Source: the human T2T-CHM13v2.0 reference genome, Homo sapiens. From it: a DNA stretch of 64,000 nucleotides. Position numbers and translations under genes: made by a program. The first letter of the stretch is position 1, and every line of letters begins with the position of its first letter. This document shows, one piece after another, positions 26,601 through 41,600 of the stretch. The notes under the pieces are model-generated. The model was not told the origin of the DNA. It saw only the letters and a program-made list of their open reading frames with translations, and ran no database searches. Where the stretch lies: the NCBI RefSeq assembly GCF_009914755.1, contig NC_060941.1. One strand, given 5' to 3'.

Positions 26601-29600
26601 AACTGCACAGAACTAAACAGAAGCATTCTCAGAACCTTCTTCGTGATGTCTGCATTCAACTCACAGTGTGGAACCTTTCTTTGATAGTTCAGGTTTGAAA
26701 CACTCTTTTTGTAGAAACTGCAAGGGGATAATTGCACTCTTTGAGGAGTACCGTAGTAAAGGAAATAACTTCCTATAAAAAGAAGACAGAAGCTTTCTCA
26801 GAAAATTCTTTGGGATGATTGAGTTGAACTCACAGAGCTGAGCATTCCTTGCGATGTAGCAGTTTAGAAACACACTTTCTGCAGAATCTGCAAGTGCATA
26901 TTTGGACCTCTGTGAGGAATTCGTTGGAAACGGGATAATTTCAGCTGACTAAACAGAAGCAGTCTCAGAATCTTCTTTGTGATGTTTGCATTCAAATCCC
27001 CGAGTTGAACTTTCCTTTCAAAGTTCACGTTTGAAACACTCTTTTTGCAGGATCTACAAGTGGATATTTGGACCACTCTGTGTCCTTCGTTCGAAACGGG
27101 TATATCTTCACATGACATCTAGACAGAAGCATCCTCAGAAGCTTCTCTGTGATGACTGCATTCAACTCACGGAGTTGAACACTCCTTTTGAGAGCGCAGT
27201 TTTGAAACTCTCTTTCTGTGGCATCTGCAAGGGGACATGTAGACCTCTTTGAAGATTTCGTTGGAAACGGAATCATCTTCACATAAAAACTATACAGATG
27301 CATTCTCAGGAACTTTTTGGTGATGTTTGTATTCAACTCCCAGAGTTGAACTTTCCTTTGGAAAGAGCAGCTATGAAACACTGTTTTTCTAGAATCTGCA
27401 AGTGGACGTTTGGAGGGCTTTGTGGTTTGTGGTGGAAAAGGAAATATCTTCACCTAAATACTAGATAGAAGCATTCTCAGAAACTGCTTTGTGATGATTG
27501 CATTCACCTCACAGAGTTGAACATTCCTATTGATAGAGCAGTTTGGAAACACTCTTGTTGTGGAATGTGCAAGTGGAGATTTGGAGCGCTTTGAGGCCTA
27601 TGGTAGTAAAGGGAATAGCTTCATAGAAAAACTAGACAGAAGCATTCTCAGAAAATACTTTGTGATGATTGAGTTTAACTCACAGAGCTGAACATTCCTT
27701 TGGATGGAGCAGGTTTGAGACACACCTTTTGTAGAATCTACAAGTGGATATTTGGACCTCTCTGAGGATTTCGTTGGAAACGGGATAACTGCACCTAACT
27801 AAACGGAAGCATTCTCAGAAACTTCTTGGTGATGTTTGCATTCAAATCCCAGAGTTGAACCTTCCTTTGATAGTTCAGGTTTGAAACACTCTTTTTGTAG
27901 GATCTGCAAGTGGATATTTGGACCACTCTGTGGCCTTCGTTCGAAACGGGTATATCTTCGCATAAAATCTAGACAGAAGCCTTCTCAGAAACTTCTCTGT
28001 GATGATTGCATTCAACTCACAGAGTTGAACCCTCCTATGGATAGAGCAGTGTTGAAACTCTCTTTTTGTGGAATCTGCAAGTGGATATGTGGACCTCTCC
28101 GAAGATGTCTTTGGAAACGGGAATATCTTCACATAAAAACTAAACAGAAGCATTCTCAGAAACTTCTCTGTGATGTTTGTGTTCAACTCCCAGAGTTTCA
28201 CATTGCTTTTCATAGAGTAGTTCTGAAACATGCTTTTCGTAGTGTCTACAAGTGGACATTTGGAGCGCTTTCAGGCCTGTGGTGGAAAACGAATTATGGT
28301 CACATAAAAACTGGAGAGAAGCATTGTCAGAAACTTCTTTGTGATGATTGCATTCAACTCACAGAGTTGAAGGTTCCTTTTCAAAGAGCAGTTTCCAATC
28401 ACTCTTTGTGTGGAATCTGCAAGTGGATATTTGGACCTATTTTGAAGATTTCGTTGGAAACGGGAGAATCTTCACAGGAAAGCTAAACAGAAGCATTCTC
28501 AGAAACTTCTTTGTGATGCTTGCATTCAACTCACAGAGTTGAACTTTCCTTTCGAGAGAGAAGCTTTGAAACACTCTTTTTCCAGAATCTGCAAGTGGAC
28601 ATTTGGAGGGCTTTGAGGCCTGTGGTGGAAAAGGAATTATCTTCCCGTAAAAGCTAGATAGAAGCATTCTCAGAAACTACTTTGTGATGATTGCATTCAA
28701 GTCACAGAGTTGAACATTCCCTTTGACAGAGCAGTTTGGAAACTCTCTTTGTGTAGAATCTGCAAGTGGAGATATGGACCGCTTTGAGGCCTATGGTAGT
28801 AAAGGAAATAGCTTCATATAAAAGCTAGACAGTAGCATTCACAGAAAACTCTTGGTGACGACTGAGTTTAACTCACAGAGCTGAACATTCCTTTGGATGG
28901 AGCAGTTTCGAAACACACTATTTGTAGAATGTGCAAGTGGATATTTAGGCCTCTCTGAGGATTTCGTTGGAAACGGGATAAACCGCACAGAACTAAACAG
29001 AAGCATTCTCAGAACCTTCTTCGTGATGTTTGCATTCAACTCACAGTGTTGAACCTTTCTTTGATAGTTCAGGTTTGAAACGGTCTTTCTGCAGGAACTG
29101 CAAGTAGATATTTGGACCGCTCTGAGGATTTCGTTGGAAACGGGATAACCCGCACAGAACTAAAACAGAAGCATTCTCAGAACCCTCTTCGTGATGTTTG
29201 CATTCAACTCACAGTGCTGAACCTTTCTTTGATAGTTCAGCTTTGAAACACTCTTTTTGTAGAAACTGCAAGTGGATATTTGGTCCTCTCTGAGGAATTC
29301 GTTGGAAACGGGATAAACTGCACAGAACTAAACAGAAGCATTCTCAGAACCTTCTTCGTGATGTCTGCATTCAACTCACAGTGTGGAACCTTTCTTTGAT
29401 AGTTCAGGTTTGAAACACTCTTTTTGTAGAAACTGCAAGGGGATAATTGCACTCTTTGAGGAGTACCGTAGTAAAGGAAATAACTTCCTATAAAAAGAAG
29501 ACAGAAGCTTTCTCAGAAAATTCTTTGGGATGATTGAGTTGAACTCACAGAGCTGAGCATTCCTTGCGATGTAGCAGTTTAGAAACACACTTTCTGCAGA

Positions 29601-32600
29601 ATCTGCAAGTGCATATTTGGACCTCTGTGAGGAATTCGTTGGAAACGGGATAATTTCAGCTGACTAAACAGAAGCAGTCTCAGAATCTTCTTTGTGATGT
29701 TTGCATTCAAATCCCCGAGTTGAACTTTCCTTTCAAAGTTCACGTTTGAAACACTCTTTTTGCAGGATCTACAAGTGGATATTTGGACCACTCTGTGTCC
29801 TTCGTTCGAAACGGGTATATCTTCACATGACATCTAGACAGAAGCATCCTCAGAAGCTTCTCTGTGATGACTGCATTCAACTCACGGAGTTGAACACTCC
29901 TTTTGAGAGCGCAGTTTTGAAACTCTCTTTCTGTGGCATCTGCAAGGGGACATGTAGACCTCTTTGAAGATTTCGTTGGAAACGGAATCATCTTCACATA
30001 AAAACTATACAGATGCATTCTCAGGAACTTTTTGGTGATGTTTGTATTCAACTCCCAGAGTTGAACTTTCCTTTGGAAAGAGCAGCTATGAAACACTGTT
30101 TTTCTAGAATCTGCAAGTGGACGTTTGGAGGGCTTTGTGGTTTGTGGTGGAAAAGGAAATATCTTCACCTAAATACTAGATAGAAGCATTCTCAGAAACT
30201 GCTTTGTGATGATTGCATTCACCTCACAGAGTTGAACATTCCTATTGATAGAGCAGTTTGGAAACACTCTTGTTGTGGAATGTGCAAGTGGAGATTTGGA
30301 GCGCTTTGAGGCCTATGGTAGTAAAGGGAATAGCTTCATAGAAAAACTAGACAGAAGCATTCTCAGAAAATACTTTGTGATGATTGAGTTTAACTCACAG
30401 AGCTGAACATTCCTTTGGATGGAGCAGGTTTGAGACACACCTTTTGTAGAATCTACAAGTGGATATTTGGACCTCTCTGAGGATTTCGTTGGAAACGGGA
30501 TAACTGCACCTAACTAAACGGAAGCATTCTCAGAAACTTCTTGGTGATGTTTGCATTCAAATCCCAGAGTTGAACCTTCCTTTGATAGTTCAGGTTTGAA
30601 ACACTCTTTTTGTAGGATCTGCAAGTGGATATTTGGACCACTCTGTGGCCTTCGTTCGAAACGGGTACATCTTCGCATAAAATCTAGACAGAAGCCTTCT
30701 CAGAAACTTCTCTGTGATGATTGCATTCAACTCACAGAGTTGAACCCTCCTATGGATAGAGCAGTGTTGAAACTCTCTTTTTGTGGAATCTGCAAGTGGA
30801 TATGTGGACCTCTCCGAAGATGTCTTTGGAAACGGGAATATCTTCACATAAAAACTTAACAGAAGCATTCTCAGAAACTTCTCTGTGATGTTTGTGTTCA
30901 ACTCCCAGAGTTTCACATTGCTTTTCATAGAGTAGTTCTGAAACATGCTTTTCGTAGTGTCTACAAGTGGACATTTGGAGCGCTTTCAGGCCTGTGGTGG
31001 AAAACGAATTATGGTCACATAAAAACTGGAGAGAAGCATTGTCAGAAACTTCTTTGTGATGATTGCATTCAACTCACAGAGTTGAAGGTTCCTTTTCAAA
31101 GAGCAGTTTCCAATCACTCTTTCTGTGGAATCTGCAAGTGGATATTTGGACCTATTTTGAAGATTTCGTTGGAAACGGGAGAATCTTCACAGGAAAGCTA
31201 AACAGAAGCATTCTCAGAAACTTCTTTGTGATGCTTGCATTCAACTCACAGAGTTGAACTTTCCTTTCGAGAGAGAAGCTTTGAAACACTCTTTTTCCAG
31301 AATCTGCAAGTGGACATTTGGAGGGCTTTGAGGCCTGTGGTGGAAAAGGAATTATCTTCCCGTAAAAGCTAGATAGAAGCATTCTCAGAAACTACTTTGT
31401 GATGATTGCATTCAAGTCACAGAGTTGAACATTCCCTTTGACAGAGCAGTTTGGAAACTCTCTTTGTGTAGAATCTGCAAGTGGAGATATGGACCGCTTT
31501 GAGGCCTATGGTAGTAAAGGAAATAGCTTCATATAAAAGCTAGACAGTAGCATTCACAGAAAACTCTTGGTGACGACTGAGTTTAACTCACAGAGCTGAA
31601 CATTCCTTTGGATGGAGCAGTTTCGAAACACACTATTTGTAGAATGTGCAAGTGGATATTTAGGCCTCTCTGAGGATTTCGTTGGAAACGGGTTAAACCG
31701 CACAGAACTAAACAGAAGCATTCTCAGAACCTTCTTCGTGATGTTTGCATTCAACTCACAGTGTTGAACCTTTCTTTGATAGTTCAGGTTTGAAACGGTC
31801 TTTCTGCAGAAACTGCAAGTAGATATTTGGACCGCTCTGAGGATTTCGTTGGAAACGGGATAACCCGCACAGAACTAAAACAGAAGCATTCTCAGAACCC
31901 TCTTGGTGATGTTTGCATTCAACTCACAGTGCTGAACCTTTCTTTGATAGTTCAGCTTTGAAACACTCTTTTTGTAGAAAGTGCAAGTGGATATTTGGTC
32001 CTCTCTGAGGATTTCGTTGGAAACGGGATAAACTGCACAGAACTAAACAGAAGCATTCTCAGAACCTTCTTCGTGATGTCTGCATTCAACTCACAGTGTG
32101 GAACCTTTCTTTGATAGTTCAGGTTTGAAACACTCTTTTTATAGAAACTGCAAGGGGATAATTGCACTCTTTGAGGAGTACCGTAGTAAAGGAAATAACT
32201 TCCTATAAAAAGAAGACAGAAGCTTTCTCAGAAAGTTCTTTGGGATGATTGAGTTGAACTCACAGAGCTGAGCATTCCTTGCGATGTAGCAGTTTAGAAA
32301 CACACTTTCTGCAGAATCTGCAAGTGCATATTTGGACCTCTGTGAGGAATTCGTTGGAAACGGGATAATTTCAGCTGACTAAACAGAAGCAGTCTCAGAA
32401 TCTTCTTTGTGATGTTTGCATTCAAATCCCCGAGTTGAACTTTCCTTTCAAAGTTCACGTTTGAAACACTCTTTTTGCAGGATCTACAAGTGGATATTTG
32501 GACCACTCTGTGTCCTTCGTTCGAAACGGGTATATCTTCACATGACATCTAGACAGAAGCATCCTCAGAAGCTTCTCTGTGATGACTGCATTCAACTCAC

Positions 32601-35600
32601 GGAGTTGAACACTCCTTTTGAGAGCGCAGTTTTGAAACTCTCTTTCTGTGGCATCTGCAAGGGGACATGTAGACCTCTTTGAAGATTTCGTTGGAAACGG
32701 AATCATCTTCACATAAAAACTACACAGATGCATTCTCAGGAACTTTTTGGTGATGTTTGTATTCAACTCCCAGAGTTGAACTTTCCTTTGGAAAGAGCAG
32801 CTATGAAACACTCTTTTTCTAGAATCTGCAAGTGGACGTTTGGAGGGCTTTGTGGTTTGTGGTGGAAAAGGAAATATCTTCACCTAAATACTAGATAGAA
32901 GCATTCTCAGAAACTGCTTTGTGATGATTGCATTCACCTCACAGAGTTGAACATTCCTATTGATAGAGCAGTTTGGAAACACTCTTGTTGTGGAATGTGC
33001 AAGTGGAGATTTGGAGCGCTTTGAGGCCTATGGTAGTAAAGGGAATAGCTTCATAGAAAAACTAGACAGAAGCATTCTCAGAAAATACTTTGTGATGATT
33101 GAGTTTAACTCACAGAGCTGAACATTCCTTTGGATGGTGCAGGTTTGAGACACACTTTTTGTAGAATCTACAAGTGGATATTTGGACCTCTCTGAGGATT
33201 TCGTTGGAAACGGGATAACTGCACCTAACTAAACGGAAGCATTCTCAGAAACTTCTTGGTGATGTTTGCATTCAAATCCCAGAGTTGAACCTTCCTTTGA
33301 TAGTTCAGGTTTGAAACACTCTTTTTGTAGGATCTGCAAGTGGATATTTGGACCACTCTGTGGCCTTCGTTCGAAACGGGTATATCTTCGCATAAAATCT
33401 AGACAGAAGCCTTCTCAGAAACTTCTCTGTGATGATTGCATTCAACTCACAGAGTTGAACCCTCCTATGGATAGAGCAGTGTTGAAACTCTCTTTTTGTG
33501 GAATCTGCAAGTGGATATGTGGACCTCTCCGAAGATGTCTTTGGAAACGGGAATATCTTCACATAAAAACTAAACAGAAGCATTCTCAGAAACTTCTCTG
33601 TGATGTTTGTGTTCAACTCCCAGAGTTTCACATTGCTTTTCATAGAGTAGTTCTGAAACATGCTTTTCGTAGTGTCTACAAGTGGACATTTGGAGCGCTT
33701 TCAGGCCTGTGGTGGAAAACGAATTATGGTCACATAAAAACTGGAGAGAAGCATTGTCAGAAACTTCTTTGTGATGATTGCATTCAACTCACAGAGTTGA
33801 AGGTTCCTTTTCAAAGAGCAGTTTCCAATCACTCTTTCTGTGGAATCTGCAAGTGGATATTTGGACCTATTTTGAAGATTTCGTTGGAAACGGGAGAATC
33901 TTCACAGGAAAGCTAAACAGAAGCATTCTCAGAAACTTCTTTGTGATGCTTGCATTCAACTCACAGAGTTGAACTTTCCTTTCGAGAGAGAAGCTTTGAA
34001 ACACTCTTTTTCCAGAATCTGCAAGTGGACATTTGGAGGGCTTTGAGGCCTGTGGTGGAAAAGGAATTATCTTCCCGTAAAAGCTAGATAGAAGCATTCT
34101 CAGAAACTACTTTGTGATGATTGCATTCAAGTCACAGAGTTGAACATTCCCTTTGACAGAGCAGTTTGGAAACTCTCTTTGTGTAGAATCTGCAAGTGGA
34201 GATATGGACCGCTTTGAGGCCTATGGTAGTAAAGGAAATAGCTTCATATAAAAGCTAGACAGTAGCATTCACAGAAAACTCTTGGTGACGACTGAGTTTA
34301 ACTCACAGAGCTGAACATTCCTTTGGATGGAGCAGTTTTGAAACACACTATTTGTAGAATGTGCAAGTGGATATTTAGGCCTCTCTGAGGATTTCGTTGG
34401 AAACGGGTTAAACCGCACAGAACTAAACAGAAGCATTCTCAGAACCTTCTTCGTGATGTTTGCATTCAACTCACAGTGTTGAACCTTTCTTTGATAGTTC
34501 AGGTTTGAAACGGTCTTTCTGCAGAAACTGCAAGTAGATATTTGGACCTCTCTGAGGATTTCGTTGGAAACGGGATAACCCGCACAGAACTAAAACAGAA
34601 GCATTCTCAGAACCCTCTTGGTGATGTTTGCATTCAACTCACAGTGCTGAACCTTTCTTTGATAGTTCAGCTTTGAAACACTCTTTTTGTAGAAACTGCA
34701 AGTGGATATTTGGTCCTCTCTGAGGATTTCGTTGGAAACGGGATAAACTGCACAGAACTAAACAGAAGCATTCTCAGAACCTTCTTCGTGATGTCTGCAT
34801 TCAACTCACAGTGTGGAACCTTTCTTTGATAGTTCAGGTTTGAAACACTCTTTTTGTAGAAACTGCAAGGGGATAATTGCACTCTTTGAGGAGTACCGTA
34901 GTAAAGGAAATAACTTCCTATAAAAAGAAGACAGAAGCTTTCTCAGAAAATTCTTTGGGATGATTGAGTTGAACTCACAGAGCTGAGCATTCCTTGCGAT
35001 GTAGCAGTTTAGAAACACACTTTCTGCAGAATCTGCAAGTGCATATTTGGACCTCTGTGAGGAATTCGTTGGAAACGGGATAATTTCAGCTGACTAAACA
35101 GAAGCAGTCTCAGAATCTTCTTTGTGATGTTTGCATTCAAATCCCCGAGTTGAACTTTCCTTTCAAAGTTCACGTTTGAAACACTCTTTTTGCAGGATCT
35201 ACAAGTGGATATTTGGACCACTCTGTGTCCTTCGTTCGAAACGGGTATATCTTCACATGACATCTAGACAGAAGCATCCTCAGAAGCTTCTCTGTGATGA
35301 CTGCATTCAACTCACGGAGTTGAACACTCCTTTTGAGAGCGCAGTTTTGAAACTCTCTTTCTGTGGCATCTGCAAGGGGACATGTAGACCTCTTTGAAGA
35401 TTTCGTTGGAAACGGAATCATCTTCACATAAAAACTACACAGATGCATTCTCAGGAACTTTTTGGTGATGTTTGTATTCAACTCCCAGAGTTGAACTTTC
35501 CTTTGGAAAGAGCAGCTATGAAACACTGTTTTTCTAGAATCTGCAAGTGGACGTTTGGAGGGCTTTGTGGTTTGTGGTGGAAAAGGAAATATCTTCACCT

Positions 35601-38600
35601 AAATACTAGATAGAAGCATTCTCAGAAACTGCTTTGTGATGATTGCATTCACCTCACAGAGTTGAACATTCCTATTGATAGAGCAGTTTGGAAACACTCT
35701 TGTTGTGGAATGTGCAAGTGGAGATTTGGAGCGCTTTGAGGCCTATGGTAGTAAAGGGAATAGCTTCATAGAAAAACTAGACAGAAGCATTCTCAGAAAA
35801 TACTTTGTGATGATTGAGTTTAACTCACAGAGCTGAACATTCCTTTGGATGGTGCAGGTTTGAGACACACTTTTTGTAGAATCTACAAGTGGATATTTGG
35901 ACCTCTCTGAGGATTTCGTTGGAAACGGGATAACTGCACCTAACTAAACGGAAGCATTCTCAGAAACTTCTTGGTGATGTTTGCATTCAAATCCCAGAGT
36001 TGAACCTTCCTTTGATAGTTCAGGTTTGAAACACTCTTTTTGTAGGATCTGCAAGTGGATATTTGGACCACTCTGTGGCCTTCGTTCGAAACGGGTATAT
36101 CTTCGCATAAAATCTAGACAGAAGCCTTCTCAGAAACTTCTCTGTGATGATTGCATTCAACTCACAGAGTTGAACCCTCCTATGGATAGAGCAGTGTTGA
36201 AACTCTCTTTTTGTGGAATCTGCAAGTGGATATGTGGACCTCTCCGAAGATGTCTTTGGAAACGGGAATATCTTCACATAAAAACTAAACAGAAGCATTC
36301 TCAGAAACTTCTCTGTGATGTTTGTGTTCAACTCCCAGAGTTTCACATTGCTTTTCATAGAGTAGTTCTGAAACATGCTTTTCGTAGTGTCTACAAGTGG
36401 ACATTTGGAGCGCTTTCAGGCCTGTGGTGGAAAACGAATTATGGTCACATAAAAACTGGAGAGAAGCATTGTCAGAAACTTCTTTGTGATGATTGCATTC
36501 AACTCACAGAGTTGAAGGTTCCTTTTCAAAGAGCAGTTTCCAATCACTCTTTGTGTGGAATCTGCAAGTGGATATTCGGACCTATTTTGAAGATTTCGTT
36601 GGAAACGGGAGAATCTTCACAGGAAAGCTAAACAGAAGCATTCTCAGAAACTTCTTTGTGATGCTTGCATTCAACTCACAGAGTTGAACTTTCCTTTCGA
36701 GAGAGAAGCTTTGAAACACTCTTTTTCCAGAATCTGCAAGTGGACATTTGGAGGGCTTTGAGGCCTGTGGTGGAAAAGGAATTATCTTCCCGTAAAAGCT
36801 AGATAGAAGCATTCTCAGAAACTACTTTGTGATGATTGCATTCAAGTCACAGAGTTGAACATTCCCTTTGACAGAGCAGTTTGGAAACTCTCTTTGTGTA
36901 GAATCTGCAAGTGGAGATATGGACCGCTTTGAGGCCTATGGTAGTAAAGGAAATAGCTTCATATAAAAGCTAGACAGTAGCATTCACAGAAAACTCTTGG
37001 TGACGACTGAGTTTAACTCACAGAGCTGAACATTCCTTTGGATGGAGCAGTTTCGAAACACACTATTTGTAGAATGTGCAAGTGGATATTTAGGCCTCTC
37101 TGAGGATTTCGTTGGAAACGGGATAAACCGCACAGAACTAAACAGAAGCATTCTCAGAACCTTCTTCGTGATGTTTGCATTCAACTCACAGTGTTGAACC
37201 TTTCTTTGATAGTTCAGGTTTGAAACGGTCTTTCTGCAGGAACTGCAAGTAGATATTTGGACCGCTCTGAGGATTTCGTTGGAAACGGGATAACCCGCAC
37301 AGAACTAAAACAGAAGCATTCTCAGAACCCTCTTCGTGATGTTTGCATTCAACTCACAGTGCTGAACTTTTCTTTGATAGTTCAGCTTTGAAACACTCTT
37401 TTTGTAGAAACTGCAAGTGGATATTTGGTCCTCTCTGAGGAATTCGTTGGAAACGGGATAAACTGCACAGAACTAAACAGAAGCATTCTCAGAACCTTCT
37501 TCGTGATGTCTGCATTCAACTCACAGTGTGGAACCTTTCTTTGATAGTTCAGGTTTGAAACACTCTTTTTGTAGAAACTGCAAGGGGATAATTGCACTCT
37601 TTGAGGAGTACCGTAGTAAAGGAAATAACTTCCTATAAAAAGAAGACAGAAGCTTTCTCAGAAAATTCTTTGGGATGATTGAGTTGAACTCACAGAGCTG
37701 AGCATTCCTTGCGATGTAGCAGTTTAGAAACACACTTTCTGCAGAATCTGTAAGTGCATATTTGGACCTCTGTGAGGAATTCGTTGGAAACGGGATAATT
37801 TCAGCTGACTAAACAGAAGCAGTCTCAGAATCTTCTTTGTGATGTTTGCATTCAAATCCCCGAGTTGAACTTTCCTTTCAAAGTTCACGTTTGAAACACT
37901 CTTTTTGCAGGATCTACAAGTGGATATTTGGACCACTCTGTGTCCTTCGTTCGAAACGGGTATATCTTCACATGACATCTAGACAGAAGCATCCTCAGAA
38001 GCTTCTCTGTGATGACTGCATTCAACTCACGGAGTTGAACACTCCTTTTGAGAGCGCAGTTTTGAAACTCTCTTTCTGTGGCATCTGCAAGGGGACATGT
38101 AGACCTCTTTGAAGATTTCGTTGGAAACGGAATCATCTTCACATAAAAACTATACAGATGCATTCTCAGGAACTTTTTGGTGATGTTTGTATTCAACTCC
38201 CAGAGTTGAACTTTCCTTTGGAAAGAGCAGCTATGAAACACTGTTTTTCTAGAATCTGCAAGTGGACGTTTGGAGGGCTTTGTGGTTTGTGGTGGAAAAG
38301 GAAATATCTTCACCTAAATACTAGATAGAAGCATTCTCAGAAACTGCTTTGTGATGATTGCATTCACCTCACAGAGTTGAACATTCCTATTGATAGAGCA
38401 GTTTGGAAACACTCTTGTTGTGGAATGTGCAAGTGGAGATTTGGAGCGCTTTGAGGCCTATGGTAGTAAAGGGAATAGCTTCATAGAAAAACTAGACAGA
38501 AGCATTCTCAGAAAATACTTTGTGATGATTGAGTTTAACTCACAGAGCTGAACATTCCTTTGGATGGAGCAGGTTTGAGACACACCTTTTGTAGAATCTA

Positions 38601-41600
38601 CAAGTGGATATTTGGACCTCTCTGAGGATTTCGTTGGAAACGGGATAACTGCACCTAACTAAACGGAAGCATTCTCAGAAACTTCTTGGTGATGTTTGCA
38701 TTCAAATCCCAGAGTTGAACCTTCCTTTGATAGTTCAGGTTTGAAACACTCTTTTTGTAGGATCTGCAAGTGGATATTTGGACCACTCTGTGGCCTTCGT
38801 TCGAAACGGGTACATCTTCGCATAAAATCTAGACAGAAGCCTTCTCAGAAACTTCTCTGTGATGATTGCATTCAACTCACAGAGTTGAACCCTCCTATGG
38901 ATAGAGCAGTGTTGAAACTCTCTTTTTGTGGAATCTGCAAGTGGATATGTGGACCTCTCCGAAGATGTCTTTGGAAACGGGAATATCTTCACATAAAAAC
39001 TAAACAGAAGCATTCTCAGAAACTTCTCTGTGATGTTTGTGTTCAACTCCCAGAGTTTCACATTGCTTTTCATAGAGTAGTTCTGAAACATGCTTTTCGT
39101 AGTGTCTACAAGTGGACATTTGGAGCGCTTTCAGGCCTGTGGTGGAAAACGAATTATGGTCACATAAAAACTGGAGAGAAGCATTGTCAGAAACTTCTTT
39201 GTGATGATTGCATTCAACTCACAGAGTTGAAGGTTCCTTTTCAAAGAGCAGTTTCCAATCACTCTTTCTGTGGAATCTGCAAGTGGATATTTGGACCTAT
39301 TTTGAAGATTTCGTTGGAAACGGGAGAATCTTCACAGGAAAGCTAAACAGAAGCATTCTCAGAAACTTCTTTGTGATGCTTGCATTCAACTCACAGAGTT
39401 GAACTTTCCTTTCGAGAGAGAAGCTTTGAAACACTCTTTTTCCAGAATCTGCAAGTGGACATTTGGAGGGCTTTGAGGCCTGTGGTGGAAAAGGAATTAT
39501 CTTCCCGTAAAAGCTAGATAGAAGCATTCTCAGAAACTACTTTGTGATGATTGCATTCAAGTCACAGAGTTGAACATTCCCTTTGACAGAGCAGTTTGGA
39601 AACTCTCTTTGTGTAGAATCTGCAAGTGGAGATATGGACCGCTTTGAGGCCTATGGTAGTAAAGGAAATAGCTTCATATAAAAGCTAGACAGTAGCATTC
39701 ACAGAAAACTCTTGGTGACGACTGAGTTTAACTCACAGAGCTGAACATTCCTTTGGATGGAGCAGTTTCGAAACACACTATTTGTAGAATGTGCAAGTGG
39801 ATATTTAGGCCTCTCTGAGGATTTCGTTGGAAACGGGTTAAACCGCACAGAACTAAACAGAAGCATTCTCAGAACCTTCTTCGTGATGTTTGCATTCAAC
39901 TCACAGTGTTGAACTTTTCTTTGATAGTTCAGGTTTGAAACGGTCTTTCTGCAGAAACTGCAAGTAGATATTTGGACCTCTCTGAGGATTTCGTTGGAAA
40001 CGGGATAACCCGCACAGAACTAAAACAGAAGCATTCTCAGAACCCTCTTCGTGATGTTTGCATTCAACTCACAGTGCTGAACCTTTCTTTGATAGTTCAG
40101 CTTTGAAACACTCTTTTTGTAGAAAGTGCAAGTGGATATTTGGTCCTCTCTGAGGATTTCGTTGGAAACGGGATAAACTGCACAGAACTAAACAGAAGCA
40201 TTCTCAGAACCTTCTTCGTGATGTCTGCATTCAACTCACAGTGTGGAACCTTTCTTTGATAGTTCAGGTTTGAAACACTCTTTTTGTAGAAACTGCAAGG
40301 GGATAATTGCACTCTTTGAGGAGTACCGTAGTAAAGGAAATAACTTCCTATAAAAAGAAGACAGAAGCTTTCTCAGAAAATTCTTTGGGATGATTGAGTT
40401 GAACTCACAGAGCTGAGCATTCCTTGCGATGTAGCAGTTTAGAAACACACTTTCTGCAGAATCTGCAAGTGCATATTTGGACCTCTGTGAGGAATTCGTT
40501 GGAAACGGGATAATTTCAGCTGACTAAACAGAAGCAGTCTCAGAATCTTCTTTGTGATGTTTGCATTCAAATCCCCGAGTTGAACTTTCCTTTCAAAGTT
40601 CACGTTTGAAACACTCTTTTTGCAGGATCTACAAGTGGATATTTGGACCACTCTGTGTCCTTCGTTCGAAACGGGTATATCTTCACATGACATCTAGACA
40701 GAAGCATCCTCAGAAGCTTCTCTGTGATGACTGCATTCAACTCACGGAGTTGAACACTCCTTTTGAGAGCGCAGTTTTGAAACTCTCTTTCTGTGGCATC
40801 TGCAAGGGGACATGTAGACCTCTTTGAAGATTTCGTTGGAAACGGAATCATCTTCACATAAAAACTATACAGATGCATTCTCAGGAACTTTTTGGTGATG
40901 TTTGTATTCAACTCCCAGAGTTGAACTTTCCTTTGGAAAGAGCAGCTATGAAACACTGTTTTTCTAGAATCTGCAAGTGGACGTTTGGAGGGCTTTGTGG
41001 TTTGTGGTGGAAAAGGAAATATCTTCACCTAAATACTAGATAGAAGCATTCTCAGAAACTGCTTTGTGATGATTGCATTCACCTCACAGAGTTGAACATT
41101 CCTATTGATAGAGCAGTTTGGAAACACTCTTGTTGTGGAATGTGCAAGTGGAGATTTGGAGCGCTTTGAGGCCTATGGTAGTAAAGGGAATAGCTTCATA
41201 GAAAAACTAGACAGAAGCATTCTCAGAAAATACTTTGTGATGATTGAGTTTAACTCACAGAGCTGAACATTCCTTTGGATGGAGCAGGTTTGAGACACAC
41301 CTTTTGTAGAATCTACAAGTGGATATTTGGACCTCTCTGAGGATTTCGTTGGAAACGGGATAACTGCACCTAACTAAACGGAAGCATTCTCAGAAACTTC
41401 TTGGTGATGTTTGCATTCAAATCCCAGAGTTGAACCTTCCTTTGATAGTTCAGGTTTGAAACACTCTTTTTGTAGGATCTGCAAGTGGATATTTGGACCA
41501 CTCTGTGGCCTTCGTTCGAAACGGGTACATCTTCGCATAAAATCTAGACAGAAGCCTTCTCAGAAACTTCTCTGTGATGATTGCATTCAACTCACAGAGT

